Source: Candidatus Nomurabacteria bacterium (lineage in GTDB: Bacteria > Patescibacteriota > Minisyncoccia > Phycocordibacterales > UBA9973). Taken from it: DNA of 64,000 bases. The notes under the pieces were generated by a model that was not told where the DNA came from, made no database searches, and was given only the letters and a program-made list of their open reading frames with translations. The position numbers and the translations under genes were made by a program. This document shows positions 9,870 through 20,193 of the stretch, piece after piece. Positions within the stretch are counted from its first letter, which is position 1. Each line of letters opens with the position of its first letter. Location of the stretch: assembly GCA_943348755.1 (NCBI GenBank), contig CALQYS010000001.1, positions 69,963-133,962 of the forward strand. Direction: 5' to 3'.

Positions 9870-11000
9870 ATGAAAATAGTTTTTACAGGTGGTGGAACGG
9901 GCGGACACTTTTATCCTATTATTGCCGTTGCGGAAAGACTCAATCAGATAATAGATCAAGAAAAAATACTAAAAGTTAAGCTCTTCTATATTTCTGATAA
10001 TCCCTACGACAAAGAGATGCTCTTTGAGAACAGTCTTTTGTATGAAGAAATAAGTACTGGCAAAATGCGTACTTATTTTTCCCTTAAAAATTTTTCTGAC
10101 ATCTTTAAAACTTTTTTTGGAGTTATAAATGGTATTTACAAACTATTTTCAATTTATCCCGATGTTGTTTTTGGTAAGGGGGGGTACGCTTCATTTCCGA
10201 CAGTTTTTGCTGCCAGAATTTTACATATCCCCGTGGTCATTCATGAGTCCGACTCTGCCCCTGGCCGAGTAAATAAATGGGCTGGGCACTTCGCTAAAAA
10301 AGTTGCTGTTTCTTTTTTAGAAGCAGGCTCTTATTTTCCTAAAAATAAAGTTGCTTGGACGGGCCATCCAGTAAGGACTGAAATAGAACATCCCGCGAGT
10401 CGCAAAGAAGCGCTTGAGTATTTTAAATTAGAATCTGATTTGCCAGTGATACTTGTTTTAGGTGGTTCCCAAGGTGCAGAACTTATAAATAATACTGTTC
10501 TCGATGCATTACCGCGACTCGTAAATAATTATCAAATTATCCATCAAACCGGGGTCAAAAATTTTAAAATGGTTAGTGATAGAGCTGATGTTGTACTTAC
10601 CGACAACAAATATAGATTGAGATATATTTCAATGCCTTTCTTAAACCCTCTAGCCCTTCGAATGGCAGGAGGAGCCGCGACTATTATTATTTCTAGAGCT
10701 GGTTCAATGTTGTTTGAGATAGCCGCCTGGGGTGTACCGTCTATCCTGATACCTATCACCAACACAAATATGGATCACCAGAGAAAGAATGCCTTTAACT
10801 ATGCGCGAGATGGGGCATGCAGCGTCGTCGAAGAGATGAACATGACTGCCAATATTTTAAGTTCTGAAATTGAAAGAATTATCGGAGACAAAGAAGTCTA
10901 TGATACCATGGCGCAAAGTGCTAAAGCTTTTAACAAGCCCGATGCGGCGATGAAAATCGCTCGCGCTCTCGTGGACATCGCTTTGAGTCATGAGAAATAA
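9870..11000 (+). CDS. murG: Lipid II GlcNAc transferase MurG
   Basis: TGGGTGGHFYP, KGGYAS, HESD..PG..N, GGSQGA, SRAG, HQ..NA. Confidence 0.95.
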   Translation: MKIVFTGGGTGGHFYPIIAVAERLNQIIDQEKILKVKLFYISDNPYDKEMLFENSLLYEEISTGKMRTYFSLKNFSDIFKTFFGVINGIYKLFSIYPDVVFGKGGYASFPTVFAARILHIPVVIHESDSAPGRVNKWAGHFAKKVAVSFLEAGSYFPKNKVAWTGHPVRTEIEHPASRKEALEYFKLESDLPVILVLGGSQGAELINNTVLDALPRLVNNYQIIHQTGVKNFKMVSDRADVVLTDNKYRLRYISMPFLNPLALRMAGGAATIIISRAGSMLFEIAAWGVPSILIPITNTNMDHQRKNAFNYARDGACSVVEEMNMTANILSSEIERIIGDKEVYDTMAQSAKAFNKPDAAMKIARALVDIALSHEK

Positions 11001-11052
11001 GATAATATAGGTTTATATTCTCTTATTTCCCCATAAATGCTAAAATGTCCCT

Positions 11053-12474
11053 ATGTACAATAAAGTTGTAACTAGATTTGCGCCGAGTCCGACTGGATTT
11101 ATGCATATAGGCGGCGTGCGCACCGCGCTTTTTGCTTGGCTCTGGGCGAGGAAAAATAATGGAGTTTTTATATTGCGAATTGAAGATACAGACAAGGAGA
11201 GGGAAGTGAAGGGTTCAATAGAACATATAATAAAATCTTTAAAATGGCTCGGGCTCAATTGGGATGAGGGTCCAGATGTTGGAGGACCGCACAAGCCTTA
11301 TTTACAATCAGAAAGATTAGATTCTTACAAAAAATACGCGCAAATTTTAATCGATAAAGGATTTGCATATCCTGACCCTTATACAAAAGAAGAACTTGAT
11401 GCATTTAGAAAGAAGGCGGATGAAGAAAGAAGGCCATTTTTATATAGAGATCATCGGCCCAAAGAATTTGGAGTTTGGGATGGCACCAAGGCATTACGTT
11501 TTAAAACTCCGGAAATAAAAATCTATCATTGGAATGATGCCGTGCGTGGAGCCCTATCAGCCGGCGTTGAGGCTCTGGATGACTTCATATTGATTAAAAG
11601 TGATGGATATCCTACATATAATTTTGCGCATATTGTCGATGACCAAGAAATGAAGGTCACCCATATTATCCGCGCTGATGAATTTATCTCTTCTACACCC
11701 AAATTCCTTTCTTTATATGAAGCGCTCGGCATCACTCCACCAGTATTCGTAACTTTGCCGCCGATATTGGCTGACGGTGGGAATAAAAAACTTTCCAAAC
11801 GTGATGGGGCAAAGGATATTTTAGAATATGGGGAAGAGGGGTATTTACCGGAAGCTGTAATGAATTTTCTGGCACTTTTGGGCTGGAATCCTGGTACCGA
11901 AAAAGAAATATTTACAGTTAAAGAATTACTAAAAGTTTTTGAAATAAATAGAATTCAGGTTTCGGGGGCTCAGGTCAATCTAGAGAAATTAGATTGGATG
12001 AATAAAGAACATATGAAGAAATTACCAGCCGAAGAGATGCAGAAAAATATCTTCTCCTATCTTCCCAAAGAATTTCAAAATGAAAAACTTGTGCCGATTA
12101 TCTTTGAAAGGATCTCAAAATGGAGCGATGTGAAAGTCATGTTAGAGGCAGGGGAGTTAGATTGCTTTTCTGTGGTCAAACAGCCTAAGTACGACAAAAT
12201 AAAACTAGTTTATAAAAATTCATCACCTGAAAGAATTACTAAAAATATAAAATTGGTGATCAAAGCCCTAGAGAAATTAAGCGAAAATGATTTTACTATG
12301 GAAAATGTAAAAAGTACCTTGATGCTAATTGCTGAAATGGAAGGCAATAGGGGAGAAGTATTGCACCCTGTGCGCTATGCTCTTTCAGGTCTTGATAAAT
12401 CTCCGGATCCATTTATTATAGCCTCAATTATAGGAAAAAATGAAACTTTATCTCGCTTACAAAAAGCTCTTTAG
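11053..12474 (+). CDS. gltX: Glutamate--tRNA ligase
   Basis: RFAPSPTGFMHIGG (HIGH), LRIEDTD, KLSKR. Confidence 0.96.
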   Translation: MYNKVVTRFAPSPTGFMHIGGVRTALFAWLWARKNNGVFILRIEDTDKEREVKGSIEHIIKSLKWLGLNWDEGPDVGGPHKPYLQSERLDSYKKYAQILIDKGFAYPDPYTKEELDAFRKKADEERRPFLYRDHRPKEFGVWDGTKALRFKTPEIKIYHWNDAVRGALSAGVEALDDFILIKSDGYPTYNFAHIVDDQEMKVTHIIRADEFISSTPKFLSLYEALGITPPVFVTLPPILADGGNKKLSKRDGAKDILEYGEEGYLPEAVMNFLALLGWNPGTEKEIFTVKELLKVFEINRIQVSGAQVNLEKLDWMNKEHMKKLPAEEMQKNIFSYLPKEFQNEKLVPIIFERISKWSDVKVMLEAGELDCFSVVKQPKYDKIKLVYKNSSPERITKNIKLVIKALEKLSENDFTMENVKSTLMLIAEMEGNRGEVLHPVRYALSGLDKSPDPFIIASIIGKNETLSRLQKAL

Positions 12475-13762
12475 TATAATATTTTTTATTATACTAGTGG
12501 TGGTTCCGCTTACTTTTTCTCGGGCACAAACCGTGGCAGACCTTCAGAATCAAATAAACCAAAAAAACCTAGATATAACTAGCTTGGAGAAAGAGATAGA
12601 AGGTTATCAATCCCAGCTCGAGAGTTTGGGGAAAGAGAAAAATTCTTTAAATAAATCTTTACAAGAACTTGATTTAACTAGAAAGAAGTTGACCATTGAT
12701 ATTGCTGTAACTCAGAAAAAAATAGACAAAACCAATCTCATGATAGCGAGTCTAACTTCAGATATAAGCGACAAGCAAGATGCCATAACGACTGAAGTAG
12801 AGTCAGTTTCTTCGGGTATTAAAAATACAAATGAATTTGAGCAGGGCAACATCGTCGGTACACTTTTATCTGAAAATAATTTTACGGAAATGTGGAATGA
12901 CTTAGATAACATGGTTACAGTCCACGAGAGTCTCAGAAAAGACATAGTTAAATTAAAGCAATTAAAAGGCGGTCTAGAGAATACTAAAAAAATAACCGTT
13001 AATGCCAAGAATCAGCTTACCGCTTTAAAATCCAGGCTTGCCGACCAGCAAAAAATAGTTGTACAAAATACCAACGAGAAAAATAAGCTCTTAAAGCAAA
13101 CCAAAAATAACGAAGCCAACTACCAAAAGTTATTAAAAGAAAGAATCATACAACGTGATGCTTTTGAAAAAGAATTACGTGACTATGAAGCGCAGTTGCA
13201 ATTTATCCTCGATCCATCAAAGCTGCCTAGTGCCGGAGTTCTAAGCTGGCCGCTTGAAAGGGTGTTTGTGACCCAACTTTTTGGTAAAACTGTCGACTCT
13301 AAGCGTTTATATGCATCAGGAACCCACAACGGAGTAGACTTTCGAGCTTCCGTCGGTACTCCTTTGATGGCCATGGCAGATGGTACGGTTTTGGGAGTTG
13401 GTGATACTGATTTGACTTGCCAAGGAGCGTCCTTTGGAAAATTTGTTTTCATTCAATACAACAACGGACTTTCGAGTACTTTTGGGCATCTCTCACTTAT
13501 AAAAGCTTATGAAGGGGAACTCGTAAAAAGAGGTGAAGTAGTGGGCTATAGCGGTGCTACTGGCCATGTTACTGGACCCCACCTACACGTGTCTCTATAC
13601 GCATCACAGGCTGTTAAAATGGCTTCTAAGCCGTCTTCATCTTGTGGTGGGCGGACTTATAGGTTACCCGTGGCGCCAATAAATGCTTATTTGGATGCAC
13701 TTTATTATCTACCTTCTTATGTCATAAATACCTCTTTGTTAACAAATAGGGTGACCGAATAG
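12440..13762 (+). CDS. Coiled-coil M23 peptidase (EnvC/PcsB-like murein hydrolase or activator)
   Basis: Signal/TM segment, long coiled coil, HNGVD, GHL, TGPHLH. Confidence 0.88.
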   Translation: MKLYLAYKKLFSIIFFIILVVVPLTFSRAQTVADLQNQINQKNLDITSLEKEIEGYQSQLESLGKEKNSLNKSLQELDLTRKKLTIDIAVTQKKIDKTNLMIASLTSDISDKQDAITTEVESVSSGIKNTNEFEQGNIVGTLLSENNFTEMWNDLDNMVTVHESLRKDIVKLKQLKGGLENTKKITVNAKNQLTALKSRLADQQKIVVQNTNEKNKLLKQTKNNEANYQKLLKERIIQRDAFEKELRDYEAQLQFILDPSKLPSAGVLSWPLERVFVTQLFGKTVDSKRLYASGTHNGVDFRASVGTPLMAMADGTVLGVGDTDLTCQGASFGKFVFIQYNNGLSSTFGHLSLIKAYEGELVKRGEVVGYSGATGHVTGPHLHVSLYASQAVKMASKPSSSCGGRTYRLPVAPINAYLDALYYLPSYVINTSLLTNRVTE

Positions 13763-13809
13763 GGGATCTGGTTTGATTACTAGGTGTGTATTGTGGTAAA
13801 ATTAATATC

Positions 13810-13989
13810 ATGATCAATAAAATGGAAAATAAAGAGGGTGGGTTTTTGAGATTAATCGTAGTAGTTGTTATCGCTCTTCTTGTTATGCGTTATTATCATC
13901 TAACGATATCCGGCATTCTAAATTATTTCCATCTTTCTTGGGATGGAATTCTGAATTGGTTTAAAGATTTGTTTAATAGCGTAAAGTAA
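13810..13989 (+). CDS. Small membrane protein
   Basis: KEGGFLRLIVVVVIALLV hydrophobic segment followed by an amphipathic tail; start uncertain (13810 or 13822). Confidence 0.65.
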   Translation: MINKMENKEGGFLRLIVVVVIALLVMRYYHLTISGILNYFHLSWDGILNWFKDLFNSVK

Positions 13990-14103
13990 TATTACCCACC
14001 GCAATAAATTGTGCCAACATTTACATGTCGTACGATACGCGATGTTTCAGGTCATTTCATCACCCAACATATATTGTGCGACACGCATGTAAAATAAAGA
14101 GTT

Positions 14104-14496
14104 TTATCTACACGAGCTGGAAAGCTCATACCCTGCCCCTTCGGCTTCTTCTTTTGTCGTGAAGTAGACCCTGTTTTCTTGTTTAATAGTTCTACCGCCA
14201 GAACATCCTAAAGAATAATATTTTGTTCCCTTGCTTGAGGCGAAAAAATTTTTACCGATAGAATTTGTTGATGCAGAAACTTTTTTCACTGGAATCATGT
14301 TAGATAATGCATTTGCTTCTTGCATCAGGCTTTTGGCCGGATACTCTATTTTAATGCCCGAGGAGTCATTTTCTTTAGATAATCTACCCAGCTCAAATGA
14401 GCCCAAACCCACCAATATAACGACAATAACGATCAAAATGTTCTTTCCCTGCTCACTTTCAACCCAGTTGGTTATCTTTGACTTGATTTTTTCCAT
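14104..14496 (-). CDS. Membrane-anchored protein with C-terminal Ada metal-binding-like domain
   Basis: TM helix ...SFELGRLS; C-terminal ASSKGTKYY...C....IK.EN...F....EAE.AGY.....C; start set at MEKIKS to avoid overlap with rpmA. Confidence 0.75.
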   Translation of the reverse strand: MEKIKSKITNWVESEQGKNILIVIVVILVGLGSFELGRLSKENDSSGIKIEYPAKSLMQEANALSNMIPVKKVSASTNSIGKNFFASSKGTKYYSLGCSGGRTIKQENRVYFTTKEEAEGAGYELSSSCR

Positions 14497-14543
14497 AGAA
14501 TTATATATACTTCTGTTGTTCTTAATTATATCATTAAACCCAT

Positions 14544-14816
14544 ATGGCACATAGAAAAGCCGGCGGTACCGCCAAAAATTTAAGAGATTCAAATCCACAA
14601 TATCTAGGTGTGAAGCTTTATGATGGTGAAAAGGCACAACGTGGCTCTATCATCATTCGTCAGCGTGGCACAGTCACTATGGCTGGCGCAAACGTTGGCA
14701 TGGGTAAGGATCATACCCTCTTCGCTCTAAAAGACGGCACAGTAAAGGTGGGCACTCGACGCAAGACTTCATTTGACGGAAAGAGTACAGTCAAGAAAGT
14801 AGTCAACGTCATATAA
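14544..14816 (+). CDS. rpmA: 50S ribosomal protein L27
   Basis: [16 protein letters not shown]...LGVK...IIRQRG...[10 protein letters not shown]. Confidence 0.97.
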   Translation: MAHRKAGGTAKNLRDSNPQYLGVKLYDGEKAQRGSIIIRQRGTVTMAGANVGMGKDHTLFALKDGTVKVGTRRKTSFDGKSTVKKVVNVI

Positions 14817-14825
14817 ATAAACTTT

Positions 14826-14862
14826 AAACATAAAAACCTCCACGATGGAGGTTTTTATGTTT
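14826..14862. terminator. Bidirectional intrinsic terminator between rpmA and rplI
   Basis: aaacataaaaacctcca-cga-tggaggtttttatgttt, a perfect 17-bp stem between convergent genes. Confidence 0.88.
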
Positions 14863-14863
14863 G

Positions 14864-15307
14864 TTATATTTTCTCCACAACAAGCTTAAATGAAGACTTT
14901 TTACCTTTGATGAAGATCGGGATCTCAAATTCCCCTACTTCTTTAATTGGTTTTTCGAGCACGATGAATTCTTCACCGACGTCTGCATGGTTTTGTGCTT
15001 TCATCGCCTCAATTATTTCTTTTTTGTGAACTTGAGCGAAGAGGTGCCCTTTTTCATCAGCTTTTGCTTTTAAGGTGACAGTTTTACCCTTTATCGCTTC
15101 TAAGTTCTTCAAAAGCAGGCTTTCTTGCACTTCCCTTTCGATCTCGATTTCTTTTTTACGGAGTTCCAGTTCAGCTACGGCTTTTGAGGTAGCGATTACG
15201 GCTAACTTTTTAGGTAGTAAGAAATTTGTAGCATACCCATCATTCACTTCTTTCACATCATGTTTTTTTCCTACTCTCGGGACATCGCTTAAGAATATTA
15301 CTTTCAT
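14864..15307 (-). CDS. rplI: 50S ribosomal protein L9
   Basis: MKVIFL.DV..VGK....EV.DGYA.NFLLP...A; GHLF; PIK..G. Confidence 0.96.
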   Translation of the reverse strand: MKVIFLSDVPRVGKKHDVKEVNDGYATNFLLPKKLAVIATSKAVAELELRKKEIEIEREVQESLLLKNLEAIKGKTVTLKAKADEKGHLFAQVHKKEIIEAMKAQNHADVGEEFIVLEKPIKEVGEFEIPIFIKGKKSSFKLVVEKI

Positions 15308-15316
15308 ATTATTTTG

Positions 15317-16528
15317 TTATTTTAATAATATTTCAACTGCTTTGTCTAACTGAGGATCCTTCTTATTATCTAGATCTTTTCGAGTAATCTCTACTGGGTA
15401 ATCTGGAGTTAATCCTTTTTCTGAAATCGAAGTCCCATTTGGCGTTAGCCATTTAGCTACTGTGATCTTCAAGAGAGTATCAGGAGTTATTTTTATTGCT
15501 TCTTGCACAGAACCCTTACCAAAGCTTTGGCTGCCCACTAGCTTTGCACGTCCATTGTCTTGCATGGCGCCAGCAACGATTTCGGAGGCAGAGGCAGACC
15601 CGCCGTTTATTAAAATGACGAATTTTAATTTATCATTGAATACATTATATCCCCTACTTCTGTATATTTCTGGAGCCTTGTCATTACCATAATCTTCGGT
15701 TACGATGACCTTCCCACTCCTCAAGAACCAGCTTGCTATATCAACAGCTGCATCTAGATATCCACCGGGATTCCCTCGTAAATCTAGCAACAATTTGTCA
15801 GCGCCTGATTCTGAAAATTTCTGAATTGCATTATGGAAAAGACTTGCTGAATTAGCCGAAAAGCTATAAAGCTTGATCACGAAAATTCCATCCGGGCGTA
15901 GCTCGGTATCGAGAGTCGGTATATTTATGACATCTCTTACTATTTTTACTTCAATCGGATCTTTGTTCTCTTCTCGGAAAATTGTGAGTGTCACTGTCGT
16001 TCCCTTTTCCCCTCTTATTAATTTAATTGCCTTTTCTATACTCAAACCAGAAGTGACGGTTTTATCAATCTTAAGGATTTTATCACCAGGCTTGATGTTT
16101 GCTCTATCAGCCGGAGTGTTTTTAAGCGGAGCGATAACTGTAAGCACTTTGTCTTTCATCCCCACCTCCATTCCGATTCCTGTAAAGTTTCCAGCTATTT
16201 CTTCTTCAAAAGATTTTGCTTCATCTGGACTGAAAAACACGCTATATGGATCATTCAATGAACCCATAAGGCCTGAAATAGCGCCATAAACCCTATCTTG
16301 GTCAGTTGTTTTACTAGCTGTGGGATATTTTTCATTAATTGTGTTCCATACTTTCCAGAAAGGAGAAAAGTCTGCCTTTGTCGTTACAGCTGTTTCTTTA
16401 CCAGAAACACCCATGACTTTATCTATCTCAGGACGATTATGATCACCGACATATACGCCCCAAGCAAAAGCTAAGGCCACAAGGAAAACGACAGTAATGA
16501 TGTGTCTTTTTTTAGAAAAGTTCTCCAT
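15317..16528 (-). CDS. ctpA: S41A carboxyl-terminal processing protease with PDZ domain
   Basis: DPYS, GIG.EV PDZ loop, DLRGNPGG, SASASEI, FGKGSVQ. Confidence 0.92.
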   Translation of the reverse strand: MENFSKKRHIITVVFLVALAFAWGVYVGDHNRPEIDKVMGVSGKETAVTTKADFSPFWKVWNTINEKYPTASKTTDQDRVYGAISGLMGSLNDPYSVFFSPDEAKSFEEEIAGNFTGIGMEVGMKDKVLTVIAPLKNTPADRANIKPGDKILKIDKTVTSGLSIEKAIKLIRGEKGTTVTLTIFREENKDPIEVKIVRDVINIPTLDTELRPDGIFVIKLYSFSANSASLFHNAIQKFSESGADKLLLDLRGNPGGYLDAAVDIASWFLRSGKVIVTEDYGNDKAPEIYRSRGYNVFNDKLKFVILINGGSASASEIVAGAMQDNGRAKLVGSQSFGKGSVQEAIKITPDTLLKITVAKWLTPNGTSISEKGLTPDYPVEITRKDLDNKKDPQLDKAVEILLK

Positions 16529-16534
16529 ATTTTT

Positions 16535-16759
16535 TTATAGTTCCCCTCCATTAAAAAACTTATTTTCTGAAAAATTATCAAAAGTTTTTTCTTCTTTTAC
16601 TTCTTTTATTTTGGATTCTTTATATAAAATGTAACTTATATAAATAAACCCAAATCCAGAAATAGTCTCCAAAGTGTCCTTCCAAGAATAAGGAAAGCCC
16701 AAATATGGCAATATCGCCACCCAAATACCCATCACTAAAATAATATAAGCTTTACGCAT
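16535..16759 (-). CDS. Small two-TM membrane protein
   Basis: GIWVAILPYLGFP..W pattern, in operon between mrdA and ctpA. Confidence 0.7.
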   Translation of the reverse strand: MRKAYIILVMGIWVAILPYLGFPYSWKDTLETISGFGFIYISYILYKESKIKEVKEEKTFDNFSENKFFNGGEL

Positions 16760-16815
16760 TAGTACATTCTATTTCATAAATACCTAAAATGCAAACGTAC
16801 ATTTAGTCTGTAAGC

Positions 16816-18543
16816 TTACTCAAAATACTCCGGAGTATTTGTAGACATCCAGTCGAGAAGTTCTCGCATTACAGTAGATGCGTTTGCACTATTGGTCGTG
16901 GGCCCCGCTTCCATCATTATCACAAAAGCATATTTTGGATTTTCAAATGGAAGAAAACCCATCACCCAAGAATTAACTTTATTTTTTACTCCGCCGAGCT
17001 GGGCTGTACCAGTTTTAACCGCAACGTGTACATATGGCACATTAAGCGTGGTTGCCGTACCACTTGTCACAGCTTGTCTCATTCCCCCTCGTACCACATC
17101 GAAATATTCTTTTGGTAAAGCTATGGTTTGGATCTGTTCTTCTTTTATTTTGTCGGACAATATAAAATGAGGGGTTAAAAGTTTTCCATCATTAGCAATA
17201 GCAGAAACAGCCCGTGTCATTTCCATCGGTGTAACTTGGAATCCGTATTGTCCAATGGCTGTGTGATAAGTATCTCCAATGCGCCATGGATCCCCCCTAA
17301 AGTTTTTAAGTTTCCATTCTGGACTTGGAATTATGCCTTCTGTTTCATCAGGAAGATCAACTCCCGTTTTATCTCCAAAACCGAAAAGTCTGGCGTATTT
17401 CTCGATGTTTGCTATGCCAAGTCCCTTTTGATCTTCAAAACCTCCGCCGATTTCATAAAAATAAACATCAGAAGAAACCGCCAGCGCCTCTCCCATATTT
17501 GTCCAACCATTTACTCTCCAGTCCTTAAAAACTGTTTTTTTATCTGGGAAATAAGGGTTTGGGATTGAGATGGAGCCAGTTGAGAGAATCTTTTTATATT
17601 GATCGATGACACCTTCTGCTAGAGCACCCAAAGCAAAGAATGGTTTTACAATTGAGCCAGGAGTATAAAGTCCAGAAACCGTCCTATCCAAAAAGGGTTT
17701 CTTTTTATCATTTAAATAAGTATCGATTTTTTTTGCGTCTTTTCCCAGAGACAAAATCTCCGAATCATATTCTGGAAAGCTTGTAGAAGTTATAATTTCT
17801 CCGCTTTGTGTATCCATAATTACGCCCGCGCCACCGAAGAAATTATTACTTTTAGAAAGGTTTTTAATTAGAGTAAATAATTCAGATTGAATCCTTGAGT
17901 CGATACTTGTTTTTAAGTCACTTCCTCTCTTTGGACTGTTTATAACATTTTCTGAATAAATGACACCTTTTGCATTTGTTTCTATTATTTTTGATCCGTT
18001 CTCTCCCTTTATCTGATTATTGTATTCTTTTTCTAATCCATCTTTGCCCACAAAGTCAGTTTGCCAGTAATTTCCCTTACTATCTTTTGTGGGGTAACTA
18101 ACATATCCCAGCACATGCGAGAATCCTGGCTTCATATAAGTACGAATATAGGATAGATCTTCCCCAGGAGATGAATTTACTACCAGGACCTCTGTGCCGC
18201 TATCTTCTTTTTTGTTCCAAGCAAGCTCCTTTCCATTCCTATCATAAATTATACCTCTTTCAGTAAAGATATTTATTTTTTCTAGAATGTTATTTTCACT
18301 TCTTTTTCGATATATTTCTCCATTTTTTATTTGCAAGTATGTCAATCGAACACCAAATACTAAAATCATCAAAATAAAAGCAATACCGATAAAGTTGATG
18401 GTTTTTTTGGGAATTGGTTTCTCTATTCGTCCTTCAAATTGCTGGCGATTAAAATTTTGTAAGTTTTTTGAATCCAGAAAAATCTCGTCCGGTTCGACAA
18501 AAGTATCCCTTACTTTTTTTCTTATAAATTTTCTAGAGACCAT
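16816..18543 (-). CDS. mrdA: Class B penicillin-binding protein 2
   Basis: RG.IYDRNG, G..GLE..Y, PGSIVK (SxxK), SSD (SxN variant), KTGTAQ. Confidence 0.9.
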   Translation of the reverse strand: MVSRKFIRKKVRDTFVEPDEIFLDSKNLQNFNRQQFEGRIEKPIPKKTINFIGIAFILMILVFGVRLTYLQIKNGEIYRKRSENNILEKINIFTERGIIYDRNGKELAWNKKEDSGTEVLVVNSSPGEDLSYIRTYMKPGFSHVLGYVSYPTKDSKGNYWQTDFVGKDGLEKEYNNQIKGENGSKIIETNAKGVIYSENVINSPKRGSDLKTSIDSRIQSELFTLIKNLSKSNNFFGGAGVIMDTQSGEIITSTSFPEYDSEILSLGKDAKKIDTYLNDKKKPFLDRTVSGLYTPGSIVKPFFALGALAEGVIDQYKKILSTGSISIPNPYFPDKKTVFKDWRVNGWTNMGEALAVSSDVYFYEIGGGFEDQKGLGIANIEKYARLFGFGDKTGVDLPDETEGIIPSPEWKLKNFRGDPWRIGDTYHTAIGQYGFQVTPMEMTRAVSAIANDGKLLTPHFILSDKIKEEQIQTIALPKEYFDVVRGGMRQAVTSGTATTLNVPYVHVAVKTGTAQLGGVKNKVNSWVMGFLPFENPKYAFVIMMEAGPTTNSANASTVMRELLDWMSTNTPEYFE

Positions 18544-18810
18544 TTATTTTGACCGAACCCTTAGTTGGTTTTTTAATATTTCTAAAATTATGAAAAATCC
18601 GATGCCTATTATAAAAGAAACTCCCAACAGATTAAAAAGTTTTGGTTCTTTAATCCCATAAAGTAAATCTGATAAAAATAATAACAAGACCGCTTCCCCA
18701 AAAAAGGAGAAATATGCCATTTCGGTCAATACCAATATGATAGTTACCCAAAATGGGGCAAAAAGGACCGATAGCAAAAGTAAAATAGAAGCCAAAATTC
18801 TTAAAACCAT
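18544..18810 (-). CDS. Small multi-TM protein, possibly a reduced MreD
   Basis: Hydrophobic, contains L.DLLYG; directly upstream of mrdA. Confidence 0.55.
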   Translation of the reverse strand: MVLRILASILLLLSVLFAPFWVTIILVLTEMAYFSFFGEAVLLLFLSDLLYGIKEPKLFNLLGVSFIIGIGFFIILEILKNQLRVRSK

Positions 18811-18819
18811 AACCCTATC

Positions 18820-20193
18820 TTACATCGAAGCGAGTTTAGACGCCAGACCTGTATAATTTTCTGGAGTTAATTTCAACAGCTCCTTTTTTATTTTCTCGGT
18901 TACTTCCAGTGTTTCGATAAATGCATGAATGTCAGAAAGTGTGATCTCTTTTCCCCGAGCTAATTCCTTTAATTTCTCATAAGGCATCTCTGCTCCTTCA
19001 CGGCGCAGGATGGTCTGGATGGCTTCAGTGATGACTTCCGGATGTACTACTAAATCTTCCTTAATTTTTTCTTCATTCACTTTTATTTTCCCCAAGCCCT
19101 TCATTAGCGACGTGTAAGCGAGGTATGAGTGCCCGAAAGCTGTGCCGAAGGCTCGCTCGACAGTAGAGTCTGACAAATCTCGCTGAAGGCGAGAAATTGG
19201 AAGCTTGCGAGCAAAGAATTCAAACAAAGCATTCGCCAGGCCCAGGTTCCCTTCACTATTTTCGAAATCAATCGGATTTATTTTGTGCGGCATAGTTGAT
19301 GAACCCGTCTCCCCCGCTTTCGGTATTTGCCCTACCCAACCATCAGAGATATATCTCCACATGTCTTGGTTTAAGTCTAGAAGGATGGTATTTATAGCCC
19401 TGATTATGTCGAAAATAGCCGCGTAGCTATCATGACATTCTATTTGAGTGGTGATTAAGTTAACTTCGAGTTTTTGCGAACGATCTTTATTAAAGCTTTC
19501 AATAAACTTTTCACTGAATTCTATCCAGTCAATACTTGGGTAAGCGGCTATATGGGCATTGTAGTTACCAGTAGCGCCATTTAATTTGGCTTGTATTTTT
19601 ATACTTTGTAATCCTGCGAGTCTTTTTTCGAGACGAGCCACAAATACCTTCATTTCCTTACCAAAAGTCGTCGGGCTGGCTGACTGACCATGTGTACGAG
19701 CGAGCATAGGTAGATCGGCATATTTTTTTGCGAGGTTATTTAATTCTTTGATTATTTTAGAAATTTCAGGGATTATTACTTTCTCCAAAGAATCAGAAAG
19801 TATAAGTGCATAAGAAATATTATTTGTGTCTTCAGAAGTAATAGCAAAATGCAACCATTCAGTGCAGTCTTTGAGGGATGTTTTGGCAAGTTTTTCCTTT
19901 AGAAAATATTCCACCGCTTTCATGTCATGGTTTGTGGTCTCCTCTAGTTTTTTTATTTCTTCGTAAGAAGCATCGTCAAACCTTTCGTAAAGTTCTCTGA
20001 CCATTTTTATCTCAGCTGCAGTGAATTTACGTAAAGCTGTCTTACCCGATGCAGACAGCGCAATCAAGTACTCCCCCTCCATCATCACTCGGTATTTCAT
20101 CAGTGCCTGCTCAGAGAAATACTCCGCAAGCGGGCGAGTTTTATTAAAATATCTTCCGTCCAAAGGACTTATGGGGTTGATTGAGTTTTTCAT
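18820..20193 (-). CDS. purB: Adenylosuccinate lyase
   Basis: SPLDGRY, TNHDMKAVEY, ARTHGQ, SSTMPHKINPIDFENSEGN, SRLQRDLSDS. Confidence 0.97.
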   Translation of the reverse strand: MKNSINPISPLDGRYFNKTRPLAEYFSEQALMKYRVMMEGEYLIALSASGKTALRKFTAAEIKMVRELYERFDDASYEEIKKLEETTNHDMKAVEYFLKEKLAKTSLKDCTEWLHFAITSEDTNNISYALILSDSLEKVIIPEISKIIKELNNLAKKYADLPMLARTHGQSASPTTFGKEMKVFVARLEKRLAGLQSIKIQAKLNGATGNYNAHIAAYPSIDWIEFSEKFIESFNKDRSQKLEVNLITTQIECHDSYAAIFDIIRAINTILLDLNQDMWRYISDGWVGQIPKAGETGSSTMPHKINPIDFENSEGNLGLANALFEFFARKLPISRLQRDLSDSTVERAFGTAFGHSYLAYTSLMKGLGKIKVNEEKIKEDLVVHPEVITEAIQTILRREGAEMPYEKLKELARGKEITLSDIHAFIETLEVTEKIKKELLKLTPENYTGLASKLASM

